A DNA stretch of 64,000 bases from Terriglobia bacterium. Its GTDB lineage: Bacteria > Acidobacteriota > Terriglobia > 20CM-2-55-15. Position numbers and translations under genes: made by a program. The stretch spans positions 384,001-448,000 of the forward strand of contig CBDAOY010000005.1 of assembly GCA_965198225.1 (NCBI GenBank), given 5' to 3'. Under the pieces are notes generated by a model. The model did not search any database. It was not told the origin of the DNA and was given only the letters and a program-made list of their open reading frames with translations. Below, in pieces: positions 26,927 to 37,286 of this stretch; position 1 is the stretch's first letter; every line of letters begins with the position of its first letter.

Positions 26927-27558
26927 AGGACCTGTTCGTAACCGGGACGGATACGGAGGTTGGTAAGACGGTCCTCGCTGCCACGCTGACAGCGGCACTG
27001 GACGCCATCTACTGGAAACCCATCCAGACAGGAGTGCAGGGAGGCGCGACGCCGAGCGATCGGGATGCGGTGGCCCGGTTCGCCGAGCTTCCCGATGACC
27101 GACTGCTGCCGGAGGCTTACGTCTTCGATCCTCCCGTGTCGCCGCACCTGGCGGCCGAACGATGCGGAAAGACAATCGACCTCGCAGAGATACGCAAGCC
27201 GTCCCCGGATGGACGGCGCCTCGTGATCGAGGGGGCCGGCGGTGTCATGGTTCCGATCAACGCCGAAGACCTGATGTTGGATCTTGCCCGTCATCTGGAT
27301 ACTTCCCTGATCGTCGCCGCCCGAACGACGCTCGGTACGATCAACCACACCTTGCTGACGGTGAAGGCGATCCGCGAGAGCGGGCTGCACTTGCTGGGAG
27401 TCGTGTTGATCGGCGAAAAGAACACCGACAATCGAAGCGCGATCGAACGCTATGGAAAGGTACCGGTCGTGGGCTGGATACCGTTGTTGGAAACCCTCAA
27501 CCGCGCCAGCCTGCTGGAAGTGTTTGGTGCGCATTTCGACCGGGGTTGCTTCGATTGA
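26923..27558 (+). CDS. bioD: Dethiobiotin synthase
   Basis: FVTGTDTEVGKT, KPIQTG, EGAGG, LGTINHT. Confidence 0.96.
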   Translation: MKDLFVTGTDTEVGKTVLAATLTAALDAIYWKPIQTGVQGGATPSDRDAVARFAELPDDRLLPEAYVFDPPVSPHLAAERCGKTIDLAEIRKPSPDGRRLVIEGAGGVMVPINAEDLMLDLARHLDTSLIVAARTTLGTINHTLLTVKAIRESGLHLLGVVLIGEKNTDNRSAIERYGKVPVVGWIPLLETLNRASLLEVFGAHFDRGCFD

Positions 27559-28874
27559 TGGCCCAGGATCTTCACATCTGGAAGCCCTACACGCAACAGG
27601 CGCTCGATCCTCCGCCGATTCCCATCGAGCGGGCCGAAGGAGTCTACCTGCACACGAAAGACGGTCGGCGTCTGATCGACGGTATCTCCTCGTGGTGGGT
27701 CAACATCCACGGGCACGCACATCCCCGCATCGCGGCTGCTATCGCCCGGCAGGCCGAACAGCTCGAGCACGTCATCTTCGCGGGGTTCACGCACGAGCCG
27801 GCCGAACGACTCGCCTGCAAGCTGAAACAGGTGGTTCCGCGCGCCATGTCTCACGTTTTCTTTTCCGACAACGGTTCCACGGCTGTCGAGGTGGCCTTGA
27901 AGATGGCTGTCCAGTACTGGCAGAACACCGGGCACCCGGAACGGCGCAAGGTCATCGCGCTGGAGCACGCCTACCACGGCGACACGGTGGGAGCGATGTC
28001 CCTCAGCGAAGCGTCGGCGTTCACCGACGCCTTCAAGGACATGCTCTTTCCGGTCCTGCGCTCACACTCTGCTTACTGCTACCGATGTCCGGTGGGCATG
28101 GAGCGAAGCACATGCCACATCGAGTGTCTGGACAAGCTCCAAGGACTTCTCGAGGAACAGGGTGGTGAAGTCGCGGCCATGATCGTCGAACCGCTGATCC
28201 AGGGGGCGGGTGGAATGATCATGCACCCCCCGGATTTCCTGAAACGGACGCGCGAACTGTGTAGCCGCCACGGCGTCCTGCTGATCGCCGACGAGGTTTT
28301 TACCGGGTTCGGACGAACCGGCACCATGTTTGCCTGCGATGGGGTCGACGTGATTCCCGACATCATGTGCGTTTCGAAGGGCCTCACCGGTGGATTCCTT
28401 CCGTTCGCGGCCACACTGTGCTCGGATGAGATCTATTACCCGTTCCACGTACGAGACCGGCTGAAGACGCTTTTCCATGGCCACTCCTACGCCGGAAACC
28501 CTCTCGGCTGCGCCGCCGCGATCGCCAGCCTGGAGGTGTTCGAGACCGAACCGGTGTTCGATCGGATCCGAACCGTCGAACGCATCCACGCCGAGCGGCT
28601 CCCGCTGCTGGAGGAGAACTCGCTGGTGGGCGACGCACGCATGGTCGGCACAGTGGCCGCGATAGAACTGATAGCCGACGATGCGGGCTACCTTTCCGAC
28701 TTGAAACCGAAGCTGTACGATTTCTTCCTGAGCAAGGGCGTGCTGCTTCGCCCACTCGGCAACGTCGTCTACATCCTGCCGCCCTACGTCATTCAGCCCG
28801 ACGAGTTGCACCATATCTATGATGTCGTAACCGAAGCGATCGGATCCCTTTCCGAGAGCCATCCCGGCTCTTGA
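27558..28874 (+). CDS. bioA: Adenosylmethionine-8-amino-7-oxononanoate aminotransferase
   Basis: W.PYTQ, SSWWVNIHGH, AYHGDT, DEVFTGFGRTG, SKGLTGG, LRPLGN. Confidence 0.96.
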   Translation: MAQDLHIWKPYTQQALDPPPIPIERAEGVYLHTKDGRRLIDGISSWWVNIHGHAHPRIAAAIARQAEQLEHVIFAGFTHEPAERLACKLKQVVPRAMSHVFFSDNGSTAVEVALKMAVQYWQNTGHPERRKVIALEHAYHGDTVGAMSLSEASAFTDAFKDMLFPVLRSHSAYCYRCPVGMERSTCHIECLDKLQGLLEEQGGEVAAMIVEPLIQGAGGMIMHPPDFLKRTRELCSRHGVLLIADEVFTGFGRTGTMFACDGVDVIPDIMCVSKGLTGGFLPFAATLCSDEIYYPFHVRDRLKTLFHGHSYAGNPLGCAAAIASLEVFETEPVFDRIRTVERIHAERLPLLEENSLVGDARMVGTVAAIELIADDAGYLSDLKPKLYDFFLSKGVLLRPLGNVVYILPPYVIQPDELHHIYDVVTEAIGSLSESHPGS

Positions 28875-28899
28875 CATCCCCCCTGCGACCACGTACTTT
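28871..28899 (+). promoter_or_regulatory. Sigma70-type promoter overlapping the bioA stop
   Basis: TTGACA-17 nt-TACTTT. Confidence 0.55.
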
Positions 28900-28911
28900 G
28901 ACGCAACATTT

Positions 28912-29016
28912 GTGTAGGCGCGCTCTATGACTGCACAAGTGTGATTGTGTAGGTGCGCTCTATGAGCGCACGTTGTTGCGGCTCGAAGAATGTGCGGTCA
29001 TAGACCGCACCTACAC
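28912..29016. repeat. Family A REP triplet (one degenerate arm plus a doublet)
   Basis: gtgtaggcgcgctctatgactgcac, gtgtaggtgcgctctatgagcgcac, gtgcggtcatagaccgcacctacac. Confidence 0.9.
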
Positions 29017-29026
29017 CTCGTTGGCC

Positions 29027-29290
29027 ATGAAATACGATCTGCACACCCACTACTACCCGGGCTCGTTCTTTGAAATGATTCGCGACCTGTCGTCAGAGTT
29101 CTCTTTCGACAAAGATCCGACGGGCCGGACGATCATCAAGTTTCGAGGAGCCCGATTCTTCGGGATTACCCCGCCGATGTCGGACCCGGCAAAGCGACTG
29201 GAAGACATGGATCGGGTCGGCATCGAGGTGGAAGTCCTGTCTCTGTCGACGCCCAAACCGACAAGCAACGTATCCTCAAAATGGGGATGA
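29027..29290 (+). pseudogene. N-terminal fragment of an amidohydrolase_2 (ACMSD-like decarboxylase)
   Basis: DLHTH metal motif and RLEDMDRVGI..VLSLSTP; similarity ends at about 29255. Confidence 0.8.
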
Positions 29291-29865
29291 TCGATCTCGG
29301 GGTCGGCTACGGGCTCTCGATGGCGCTGGCCGTCATGTTTATCTCGCTCGGAGCCAACCTGCTGCAGCCACGCGGCCTCACGCCGGATGGAATCGAAGTG
29401 GCGCTGACGCTTTCAACCATCTATACCGAGTTGCTGGGATCGTGGATCTACCCTCTATTCATGCTGGCGTTTTTCGCGGCGATATTCTCCACGACCTACG
29501 CCGTCATGGATGGGTTCCCGCGGGCGTTCTCGACGATCCTTCGCAGGCTGTTTCCCGGCAGTGAGTTCGTCTCACGAGACAGCAACCCGACCTACTGGAT
29601 CTTCATCGCGGTGATATTCGCGTTCGCAGTCGTCGCGAATACTTTGCTACCAAACCCCGTACTGATGGTCAGCCTGGTCGGCGTGCTCAGTCTCCTGCTG
29701 GCTCCGGTACTCTTCAGCCTGAACTATTTCTGCGTGACCCGCCTGATCGACGACCCATTGTTCCGGTCGGGCTCTTTGATGCGCGTGTGGGCGTTGCTGG
29801 GGATCGTGTGCATGGCGCTCGCCGGTGCGTTCTACGTCTACACCGAATTGAAATACATACGATGA
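29257..29865 (+). pseudogene. C-terminal half of an NRAMP-like/APC-fold transporter
   Basis: D...GY....AVMF..LGA and F.AIFSTT.AV.DGFPR; only about 5 TM present; no N-terminal half upstream. Confidence 0.7.
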
Positions 29866-30377
29866 AGGTCGAGGTAACGACATATCACCTCGAAATGAAC
29901 CGGCCCGCGGATCTACAGCCCAAAGTGGCGGACATCGATGGGCTTAGAATCGAACGGGTCGGCATCCCCTCCCCTGAACTGAACCGATTCCTCTACGTCA
30001 CAGTCGGACACCGATGGCATTGGATCGATCGGCTGGTCTGGACGGAAAAGGAGTGGACCGATTGGGTGGAACGGGATGAACTCCAGACCTGGGTCGCTTA
30101 TGTCAAAGGGGCTCCCGCGGGTTATTTCGAGCTGGAGTTCCAGAACGGCAACGTCGAGATCGCCTTCTTCGGCCTCCTTCCCCGTTTCATCGGAGCGGGC
30201 CTGGGCGGCCATCTCCTGACCGAAGCCACTCGCCGGGCCTGGGACATGGACGCGACCCGCGTATGGGTCCACACCTGCACGCTAGACCATCCCAACGCGC
30301 TGGGGAATTACAAAGCCCGTGGGTTCCGGATCTTTCGGGAAGAGACGCATATGCAGGAGGTGGCCGACGGAGCTTAA
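29862..30377 (+). CDS. GNAT family N-acetyltransferase
   Basis: PAGYFEL, FIGAGLGG.LL acetyl-CoA motif, VHTCTLDHP.A..NY..RGF. Confidence 0.9.
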   Translation: MKVEVTTYHLEMNRPADLQPKVADIDGLRIERVGIPSPELNRFLYVTVGHRWHWIDRLVWTEKEWTDWVERDELQTWVAYVKGAPAGYFELEFQNGNVEIAFFGLLPRFIGAGLGGHLLTEATRRAWDMDATRVWVHTCTLDHPNALGNYKARGFRIFREETHMQEVADGA

Positions 30378-30388
30378 CGTGATGAAAG

Positions 30389-30458
30389 GTGTAGGTGCGC
30401 TCTATGAGCGCACATGGCCGCTTAGAGAAAAATGTGCGGTCATAGACCGCACCTACAC
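30389..30458. repeat. Family A REP doublet
   Basis: gtgtaggtgcgctctatgagcgcac ... gtgcggtcatagaccgcacctacac. Confidence 0.92.
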
Positions 30459-30466
30459 TTAAACCC

Positions 30467-31228
30467 ATGCGTGTTACTACATGGAACGTTAACTCGATTC
30501 GGAGAAGATTCGACGGCGTCCTCCGATGGCTCGAGCGGGAGCGTACGGACGTCCTCTGTCTCCAGGAAACCAAGTGTAGGGACGACGTATTCCCTTGGAT
30601 CGGCTTCAAAGGCCTGGGCTACGAGCTCTCCTACACGGGCCAGCGAAACTACAACGGTGTTGCGATCGTATCCCGATCCGAGCAGACCGATATCGACTTA
30701 CACCCCGTATGGTCAGAGGATCCAGAGAGACGCTCCATCGCAGCGACGATCGACGGGATCCGGATCGTCAACGTCTACGTGCCCTACGGCGAAAAGGTCG
30801 GGACGGAGAAGTTCGCCCGAAAACTTCGATGGTTGGACCGGCTCGGGAAAGTGCTGGGCGAGGTAGGAGACGAACCGACCCTCGTCAGCGGGGACTTCAA
30901 CGTCGCACCCGACGACCGGGATGTCTACGACCCCCGAATGCGGCGGGAGAAACTGATCTGCAGCACCCCGGAACGCGAACTCTTCCACGCTCTACTGGAA
31001 ACGGGATTCGTGGATGCGCTACGCCAATGCACCGATCAATCGGGCCTGTACACCTGGTGGAGCCATCGCGTCGGCGCCGTCGAACGCAATCGCGGACTGC
31101 GGGTCGACCACCACCTGGTGCACCCATCCCTCCGGGCACGCATCCAATCGGTCGACATCGACGTCGAGGAACGGAAACGCCCCAACGCCTCCGACCACAC
31201 CCCCGTCACCCTGACCCTGAAGCCTTGA
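30467..31228 (+). CDS. xth: Exodeoxyribonuclease III
   Basis: TWNVNSI, LQETK, YNGVAI, GDFNVA, YTWW, SDHTPV. Confidence 0.95.
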   Translation: MRVTTWNVNSIRRRFDGVLRWLERERTDVLCLQETKCRDDVFPWIGFKGLGYELSYTGQRNYNGVAIVSRSEQTDIDLHPVWSEDPERRSIAATIDGIRIVNVYVPYGEKVGTEKFARKLRWLDRLGKVLGEVGDEPTLVSGDFNVAPDDRDVYDPRMRREKLICSTPERELFHALLETGFVDALRQCTDQSGLYTWWSHRVGAVERNRGLRVDHHLVHPSLRARIQSVDIDVEERKRPNASDHTPVTLTLKP

Positions 31229-31268
31229 ACCTGCTGGACCTGGAACATCCTCCGGCTGACACATGCTT

Positions 31269-31386
31269 TTAACCACGGAGGCACAGAGGGCGCGGAGGTT
31301 TATTGGTCATGCTGTACGGGTCAAGCGGACGCGCCCTGGTACGCAAAGAACGAAAGGCCTCAGTGCCTCCGAGCCTCCGTGGTTAA
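31269..31386. repeat. Long inverted repeat (family D) between convergent genes
   Basis: ttaaccacggaggcacagagggcgcggagg ... cctcagtgcctccgagcctccgtggttaa; the left arm recurs at 60564-60583. Confidence 0.8.
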
Positions 31387-31422
31387 TCCACCAGTCCTTA
31401 TGCGGCCAGTTTCAGGGCTAGG

Positions 31423-34400
31423 CTAGTCTGCGGAAACCGGGGGTTCCAGGGCTGGTTCAACGGCCGCAGCGTAGCCACGGAAACCCAGGGCTTGCTTGAT
31501 GTCGTCCAGGATCAGGTACAGCGACGGGACCAGAGCCAGCGTGATGAGAGTCGCGAACAGGACACCGAACGCCAGGGAGACCGCCATCGGGATGAGAAAC
31601 TGGGCCTGTATGCTGGATTCGAGCATCAGCGGCGTAACGCCCGCCGCAGTGGTCAATGAAGTCAGGAGGATCGGCCGGAAGCGGGCGGCGCCTGCGTCAC
31701 GCACGGCGTCCTTCAGCGACTCGCTTTCTTTGCGGTTCCGGTTTATGAAATGCACGAGTACCAGGCTGTCGTTGACGACCACGCCGGCAACCGCGACCAT
31801 GCCCATCATCGACATGAAGTTCATCGTCATTCCCAGGATCGCGTGCCCGGCGACGGCCCCGACCAGTCCGAACGGGACGGCGGACATGACGATCAAGGGC
31901 TGGGAATACGACTTGAACGGGATCGCCATCAAGGCGAAAACCACGAACAACGCAATGAAGAAACCCCGGAACAAACCCTCCATGAACTCTCCCTGCATCC
32001 GTTGTTCGCCTTCCAGGCTGTAGGTCACGCCGGGGTGGTCGGCGAGAACCTCGGGCATGTGGCGCGTCTGGAAATCAAGCAGAACCGCGTTCGCATTGGC
32101 GACTTCCTCATCGACTCCGGCCATCACGTTGATCGCACGCTGCCGGTCGACGCGGGTGATGCTGGAAAAGCCCCGGCCGAACTCGGCGTCGGCCACCGTT
32201 TGGAAAGGAACCTGACCTCCGTCGGGCGTGCGGATTCGCATGTTTTCCAGGTAGCCGAGCGACTGTCGTTCTTCCGCCGGGTACCGAACCATCACGCGAA
32301 CATCGTCTCGTCCCCTCTGAATGCGCTGGGCCTCCTCTCCGAAAAACCCCTGCCGCACCTGGCGGCCGAGATCCTGCAGTGACAGACCGAGAGACTCCGC
32401 GCTCGGTCGGATCTCCAGTTCGATCTCAGGCTTTCCGCCGCGGAAGGAATCCGTTATGTCGGTGACCCCGGGATACTCCGCCAGCCGGGCGCGGATGTCG
32501 GCAGCTACGACACGCAACTCCTCGATGTCAGGTCCCACCATCTGGAAGTCGATCGGCTTGCCGGCTCCCCCCATCAGGCTGCTGACGATCTCCAGCTCGA
32601 CTGCGCCCGGAATCGGATCGAGGCGTTCTCGCAGCATGCTGGCGATCTGCGCGCTCGCATAAGGCCGGCCTTCACCGGAAACGAGCTCGATGCCGACTTC
32701 ACCCAGGTAGGATCGCGCGGGCGCGATTCCCGGGTTGCCGGGACCCCTGTTGGACGAAGGCTGCTCTCCTACACTGGACAGGACGTGGGTAAACAGCGGG
32801 AAACCGTGTTGGGCCTCCAGATCCGCCCCCAGCTCGATCGCGGTGCGTTCGATGCCTTCGATCGCGGTCGCCGTGACCTCCGACGGGGTCTCCTGCGGCA
32901 TCGTCAACTTGACCATCACGATGTCCGAGTCCATTTCCGGGAAGAAGACAAACTCGACGACGCCTCCCTGGATCAAGCCGACGGTCAGGAGCAGCGACGC
33001 AATGCCGCCGGCAGCCGTCAGGTAACGCCAGTCCAGTGCGAAACCGAGCGAAGGCTTGTAGATGATCCGGATGAACCCGTCAACCATGTGGCCGAAGCCG
33101 ACGAAAAAACCGTCCCACGCGCGCTGCAGGACGTTCTTCTTGTGCGCCTGCGGCCGTTGCCGGTGGTGGGACAGGTGGTAGGGAAGAACGAGCTGCGACT
33201 CGATCACGGAAAAGGCCAGAACCGGGATGACGATCAGCGGGATGGCCCGCGTGAAGTTACCGATCAGACCGGGGACCATCATGAATGGTGAAAACGCGAC
33301 CATCGTGGTCAGGACCCCGAATATGACGGGAATGGCAACCTCCTGGGTACCGAGAATGGCTCCCTGCAAACCCTCGCTGCACTCGTCCTGCCGGTAATGG
33401 ATCCGCTCAGCAACGATGATGGCATCATCCACCACGATTCCGAGGACAAGGATGAACGCAAACAGCGTCATCATGTTGATCGTGATGCCGGTATAAGGCA
33501 TGGTCGCAAACGCGCCGAGAAAAGCCACCGGGATCCCGATTGCCACCCACATGGCCAGCCTCATCCGCAGGAACAAGGTCAATATGATGAACACCAGGAT
33601 CAATCCGTTCCTACCGTTGCGCACCAGCAGGTCTGTCCGTTCACCGAGCATCACCGAACTGTCCTGCCAGGTAGCGATGGAGATGCCCGGAGGAAGGTTG
33701 GGTCGCGCCTGCTCGACGTAGCGATGAACAGCGGCTGCGACCTCGGGTGTGTCTTCGTCCCCGACCCTGTAAACCTGAACCATCACGGTCGGCTGACCGT
33801 CGAAAAGGGACCATTGATCAGTCTCTTCGAAACCGTCCACGACCCTGGCGACGTCGGCCAGTCGGAGCCGACTGCCATCGGTCCGCGTCAGCAGGGTCAG
33901 GTCCTCGTATTCTTCGCCGCGGTAAGCCTGCCCCTTCGTCCGGAGCAGTATCTCGCCGGATGCGGCCTTGACGGACCCGCCCGGCATGTCCAGCGAAGAG
34001 CGGCGGATCGCCCGGGCAACATCATCGAAGGTCAGGCCGTGACGCCGGAGAGCATCCTCAGAGACTTCGATGGCGATCTCGTAGGGCCTGACGCTTTTTA
34101 GATCCGCCTGACTGATCTCGGACAGCGCGGTGATCTCGTCCCGCACCTGCTCTCCCAGGCGCTTCAGCGTCAACTCATCCGTGTCGCCGTACAGAGACAC
34201 GTTGATGACCTGCAGACGCGGCAGCAACTCCTGTACGACGGGCTTCTCGGTCTCGACCGGGAAGGTCGAAATGGCGTCCACGCGCGCCTTGATGTCGTCG
34301 AGCAATTCGCGAACGTCATAACCCGTCTCGACCTCGATCAGGACCGAGCCGGCTCCTTCGGCCGCCGTCGAGGTCATTCGCTTCACGCCTTCCAGGCCCT

Positions 34401-34617
34401 GGATGGCCTCTTCGATGCGAACGCAGACAGCTTCTTCGACTTCCTCGGGCGCGGCGCCGCGGTAGGGAACAGCGACCGAAATGAGCTCGGCTTCAAACTC
34501 GGGAAAGACTTCCTGGTTGACGCTCGTTACGGCCATCAGTCCGAGCGCGATGATGACGATCATCAGGAGATTGGCAACCACACCGTTGTTGGCAAACCAC
34601 TCGATCAACGACTTCAT
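31423..34617 (-). CDS. RND efflux permease (AcrB/AcrD/AcrF family)
   Basis: 1064 aa, GIVVDDAI, RFRPILLTS, two TM blocks. Confidence 0.95.
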   Translation of the reverse strand: MKSLIEWFANNGVVANLLMIVIIALGLMAVTSVNQEVFPEFEAELISVAVPYRGAAPEEVEEAVCVRIEEAIQGLEGVKRMTSTAAEGAGSVLIEVETGYDVRELLDDIKARVDAISTFPVETEKPVVQELLPRLQVINVSLYGDTDELTLKRLGEQVRDEITALSEISQADLKSVRPYEIAIEVSEDALRRHGLTFDDVARAIRRSSLDMPGGSVKAASGEILLRTKGQAYRGEEYEDLTLLTRTDGSRLRLADVARVVDGFEETDQWSLFDGQPTVMVQVYRVGDEDTPEVAAAVHRYVEQARPNLPPGISIATWQDSSVMLGERTDLLVRNGRNGLILVFIILTLFLRMRLAMWVAIGIPVAFLGAFATMPYTGITINMMTLFAFILVLGIVVDDAIIVAERIHYRQDECSEGLQGAILGTQEVAIPVIFGVLTTMVAFSPFMMVPGLIGNFTRAIPLIVIPVLAFSVIESQLVLPYHLSHHRQRPQAHKKNVLQRAWDGFFVGFGHMVDGFIRIIYKPSLGFALDWRYLTAAGGIASLLLTVGLIQGGVVEFVFFPEMDSDIVMVKLTMPQETPSEVTATAIEGIERTAIELGADLEAQHGFPLFTHVLSSVGEQPSSNRGPGNPGIAPARSYLGEVGIELVSGEGRPYASAQIASMLRERLDPIPGAVELEIVSSLMGGAGKPIDFQMVGPDIEELRVVAADIRARLAEYPGVTDITDSFRGGKPEIELEIRPSAESLGLSLQDLGRQVRQGFFGEEAQRIQRGRDDVRVMVRYPAEERQSLGYLENMRIRTPDGGQVPFQTVADAEFGRGFSSITRVDRQRAINVMAGVDEEVANANAVLLDFQTRHMPEVLADHPGVTYSLEGEQRMQGEFMEGLFRGFFIALFVVFALMAIPFKSYSQPLIVMSAVPFGLVGAVAGHAILGMTMNFMSMMGMVAVAGVVVNDSLVLVHFINRNRKESESLKDAVRDAGAARFRPILLTSLTTAAGVTPLMLESSIQAQFLIPMAVSLAFGVLFATLITLALVPSLYLILDDIKQALGFRGYAAAVEPALEPPVSAD

Positions 34618-34620
34618 CGG

Positions 34621-35823
34621 TTACTCCTGCACCGGAGCGACGACTCCGGCCGTTTCGGCCACCTCGACCTGCATCCCATCGACCGCGTTTTCCAAAGGGG
34701 AAACGATTATGCGGTCACCCTCTTCGATACCGGACTGTACCAGGATGCGGTCGCGTTCTTGACGGAAGAGCTCGACCTGTCGAAAGCGGACATGGTCGGT
34801 GTCGTCCACGATCAGAACCCGGTCCGCACCGCGAAGAACCGTTCGCGGCAGGACCATCACCCGTCCGGAAGAGCGGCCGATGATTTCGGCCTCGACAAAC
34901 ATACCGACCGCCAGGGGCGGACGGTTCGGGCTGTCACCACGGGCGTACGGATCTTCGACGCGGGCGATGGCATGAACCATCCGAGTGCGGGGATCGATCT
35001 CGCCCTCGGTTCGCACAACCCTCCCTCTCCACTCGTGCCGGCGGCCGGCGAATTCGGACCGGAGAATGACTCTGGGGCCTCGGACCGATCCGATCGCCAC
35101 CCCGTCGCCACGGTAGGCCAATGGGAGATTCAGGAAAGCCAGCTCCGAATCCGGTATCGGCAACCGGACCTCCGCGGCATCGACGGCATACAACGTCGCG
35201 ACGGAGTTTCCGCGGGCGACGAACTGACCGACATCGACCCGTTCCTGCCGGACCCTCCCCGCAAAAGGCGCGCCAACGACCGTCCGTTCGAGGTCGTATT
35301 CGGCCTGCTGCAATGTGGCCTCCGCAGACGCGAGCGCGGCCTGCGCCTCTGCAATCTGTGGCTCTCGAATGGCCAGCGGCGTCGGACGTCCAGTGCCCAG
35401 CAGCTCCCATTCCTCCATGGCCACGGCGGCCTCCTGGCGCTCGGTCTCCAGACGCAACTTCGACTGGGCGATCGCCGCCTGAGCCCTAATCACGGCCAAT
35501 TCGTATTCACGGGAATCGAGCCGAAGCAGCACCTCACCCTCTTCGAAGAAACCGCCGACAACAAGGGATTCCGCAACTTCGATCACGCGACCCGATACCT
35601 CGGGCGTTAACTCGCTCACCGTTCGTGGTGCGACAGTCCCTTCCGCAAACACGCTGAGGGTGACGTTGGAGAATTCAGCCTCGATCGTTTCCACGAGTGG
35701 GAGCGGTATGTCGGCCGCGCGGGTTTCCGGAGCCGGCCGATTGCGGATCATCGTGACTGTCGCGTATCCGGCACCTGCCAGGACGAGGATCGGAAGAATA
35801 ATCCTGAGAATCAGCTTGATCAC
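34621..35823 (-). CDS. RND membrane fusion (periplasmic adaptor) protein
   Basis: N-terminal anchor, PEVSGRV, coiled hairpin, APFAG, VGQFV, GMFVEA. Confidence 0.93.
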   Translation of the reverse strand: MIKLILRIILPILVLAGAGYATVTMIRNRPAPETRAADIPLPLVETIEAEFSNVTLSVFAEGTVAPRTVSELTPEVSGRVIEVAESLVVGGFFEEGEVLLRLDSREYELAVIRAQAAIAQSKLRLETERQEAAVAMEEWELLGTGRPTPLAIREPQIAEAQAALASAEATLQQAEYDLERTVVGAPFAGRVRQERVDVGQFVARGNSVATLYAVDAAEVRLPIPDSELAFLNLPLAYRGDGVAIGSVRGPRVILRSEFAGRRHEWRGRVVRTEGEIDPRTRMVHAIARVEDPYARGDSPNRPPLAVGMFVEAEIIGRSSGRVMVLPRTVLRGADRVLIVDDTDHVRFRQVELFRQERDRILVQSGIEEGDRIIVSPLENAVDGMQVEVAETAGVVAPVQE

Positions 35824-37286
35824 TTGTTCCCACCTTCACTCAAAGTTGTACGGCGCGCTTCGGTCTCGGAGGGAACGTCATCCATGTCGAATCCCCCTCC
35901 CAGCGCCAGATGCAGGTCGACCCGGTTGTCCAGCCGAGTCCGCCGAATGCCGAGCAGCTGGCTTTCAGAGTTGTACGCGGTCCTTTGCGCGGCCAGAACC
36001 GTGATAATGCCGGTCAGACCCGCCTGGTATCGTTGCTCGGCCAGAGTGCGCGCGGCGCTCGACTGCAGGACAGCTTCTTCAAGTGCACGTTCGCGCCGTG
36101 CGAGCACATCTTCGGACGCAAGGGCCGACTCGACTTCCCTGTACGACTGGAGGAGCCGACTCTCATAGTTCGCCACGGCTTCTTCGGCCTGGCTCTCGTT
36201 CCGGGCGACGGTCGCCTTCAGCCTGCCGTTGTTGAACAGCGGCTGAACGAGGTTACCGACAAAGTTCCAGACGAACAGGTCGTTGTCGATCAGATCGATC
36301 AGGCTGCCGCTCGACGTTCCGGTGCCCGACGTCAGGCTGAAGCGTGGGCGCAAGTCGGCCTGCGCAGCAGCAATGCGCGTGTCGGCCGCCAACAATTGCA
36401 ATTCCGCTGCGACAAGGTCCGGACGGCGATGCACGAGTTCGGCCGGAAGACCGCCCGGCACCACTTCGGGAAGCACCGGCAGGTCCGCGCCGAGGGCATA
36501 GTCCCCGCCGGGATACCGGCCCATCAACGACTCGAGCTGGCGGACTGCACGATCTCGCTGTTCGCGGCGTTGTTCCAGTGATGCTTCAGCCCTGGCAACC
36601 TCGGCCAGGGCCAGCCGCAGGTCGAGTGCCGGCCGGAGTCCGCCCTGAAATCGAGCACGCACCCGCTCTGACGAAAAACGAAAACTCTCCAGAGTCGCCT
36701 CCGCCAGGTCTACCTGCCGCTGCGCCTCGACGGCCACAAACCAGGTCTTGGCAACCAGCCCGCTCAGCGAGAGCCGGGCCGCTGCCAGGTCGGCGAAGCG
36801 AATCCTCGTGTTCGTTACGGCGGACCGCTCTCCGGATCGAATGCGCCCCCACAGGTCCGGTTCCCAGCCGGCATTCACGCGCAGGCCATAGTTGGTGGAA
36901 GTCGTGCTCAAGACCGTGTCTTCCCTGCCCGGTATCGGAAACCCGATGAAGTTCTGTCGTTGCTGGCTGCGGCTCAACGTGACATTCGCGTCGGGCAGCA
37001 ACGCCGCTCCTGCGATGACCGCGTCCTGGCGCGCGGTCTCGATCCGTGCCGCCGCGGCACGCAGATCGTGGTTCCCTTCCAGAGCCTCGGCGACGATCCG
37101 CTCGAGCTCCGCGTTTCCGAAATAAGTCCACCAGTCCGTGCCGGCCGGCACGGGCGCCAGCTCGCCGCCGCTCCATTGATCCGGCGCGATCACACGAAAG
37201 GTGTGCTCCGGCGGGGGCAGCTGACGCGTACAGCCCGCCACCGCAAGGGTGCTCAACAGGACGAGGGTTCCAGCACGATGCTTCAC
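35820..37286 (-). CDS. Outer-membrane efflux lipoprotein (NodT/OprM family)
   Basis: Lipobox VAGC, WEPDLWG, RRPDL, L..ALGGG. Confidence 0.93.
   Translation of the reverse strand: MKHRAGTLVLLSTLAVAGCTRQLPPPEHTFRVIAPDQWSGGELAPVPAGTDWWTYFGNAELERIVAEALEGNHDLRAAAARIETARQDAVIAGAALLPDANVTLSRSQQRQNFIGFPIPGREDTVLSTTSTNYGLRVNAGWEPDLWGRIRSGERSAVTNTRIRFADLAAARLSLSGLVAKTWFVAVEAQRQVDLAEATLESFRFSSERVRARFQGGLRPALDLRLALAEVARAEASLEQRREQRDRAVRQLESLMGRYPGGDYALGADLPVLPEVVPGGLPAELVHRRPDLVAAELQLLAADTRIAAAQADLRPRFSLTSGTGTSSGSLIDLIDNDLFVWNFVGNLVQPLFNNGRLKATVARNESQAEEAVANYESRLLQSYREVESALASEDVLARRERALEEAVLQSSAARTLAEQRYQAGLTGIITVLAAQRTAYNSESQLLGIRRTRLDNRVDLHLALGGGFDMDDVPSETEARRTTLSEGGNK

Noticed and set aside
28912-29016. 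REP arrays as a possible CRISPR
   Set aside because: Arms are mostly inverted and dispersed, there is no regular repeat-spacer array, and no cas genes are present.
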